A stretch of 63,570 nt of DNA, counting the filler, from Octopus bimaculoides (lineage: Eukaryota), in the NCBI RefSeq assembly GCF_001194135.2. It is 7 parts of 7 records of this genome, joined end to end, with 100 filler letters (N's around TTAATTAATTAA, not from the genome) between each part and the next. Parts side by side here need not be neighbours in the genome. Positions count along the whole stretch, not along the records: positions 58,568 to 63,570 come from NC_069002.1; 6 more parts are not named here. The stretch is one strand, 5' to 3'. Positions 63,458 through 63,570 of the stretch are shown here, one piece after another. The notes beneath the pieces were generated by a model. It ran no database searches, was not told the origin of the DNA, and saw only the letters and a program-made list of their open reading frames with translations. The stretch's first letter is position 1. Every line of letters starts with the position of its first letter. The position numbers were made by a program, and so were the translations under genes.

Positions 63458-63570
63458 AATAAGGATAAGATCGATATTTAAAATATTTTGTATTTTGTAT
63501 GATATCATATTTCTTGGACATTTTATTTTCACATGCCAACACATGAGGATGCTCAAACATGTATCTATAT
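63317..63570 (+). repeat. 85-bp perfect direct repeat, period 169, flanking (TA)n
   Basis: 63317-63401 is identical to 63486-63570 (second copy cut by the window end). Confidence 0.9.

Overview
AT-rich, microsatellite- and SINE-dense animal genomic DNA with many N gaps. The repeat families look like those of an octopod cephalopod (inference). Four protein-coding genes are supported. (1) An intronless canonical replication-dependent histone H3 (54-464, minus) with its 3' stem-loop and TATA/CCAAT promoter. (2) RAMAC/FAM103A1 (RNMT-activating mini-protein; minus, 17684-21885+), hand-spliced to about 180 aa with a long Gly/Arg/Tyr/His low-complexity tail. (3) Cyclin H (plus; 8 coding exons, 22248-27191; 3' end not visible), head-to-head with RAMAC on a roughly 65-bp promoter containing an exact ETS-CRE composite motif. 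(4) Six internal exons of PPIP5K/VIP1 (minus, 34029-40257; both ends not visible). The rest is transposon debris: Tigger, mariner, Tc1, Helitrons including a 91-bp mini-Helitron, RTE, Penelope-like RT, R4/Dong-like elements stacked in (TAA)n, and several tRNA-derived SINE families. The most unusual signal is a set of hammerhead-ribozyme motifs in at least three repeat families, one of them a tRNA-headed SINE with a hammerhead tail (3 copies). All splice models and RNA folds were read by eye; none were computed or searched.
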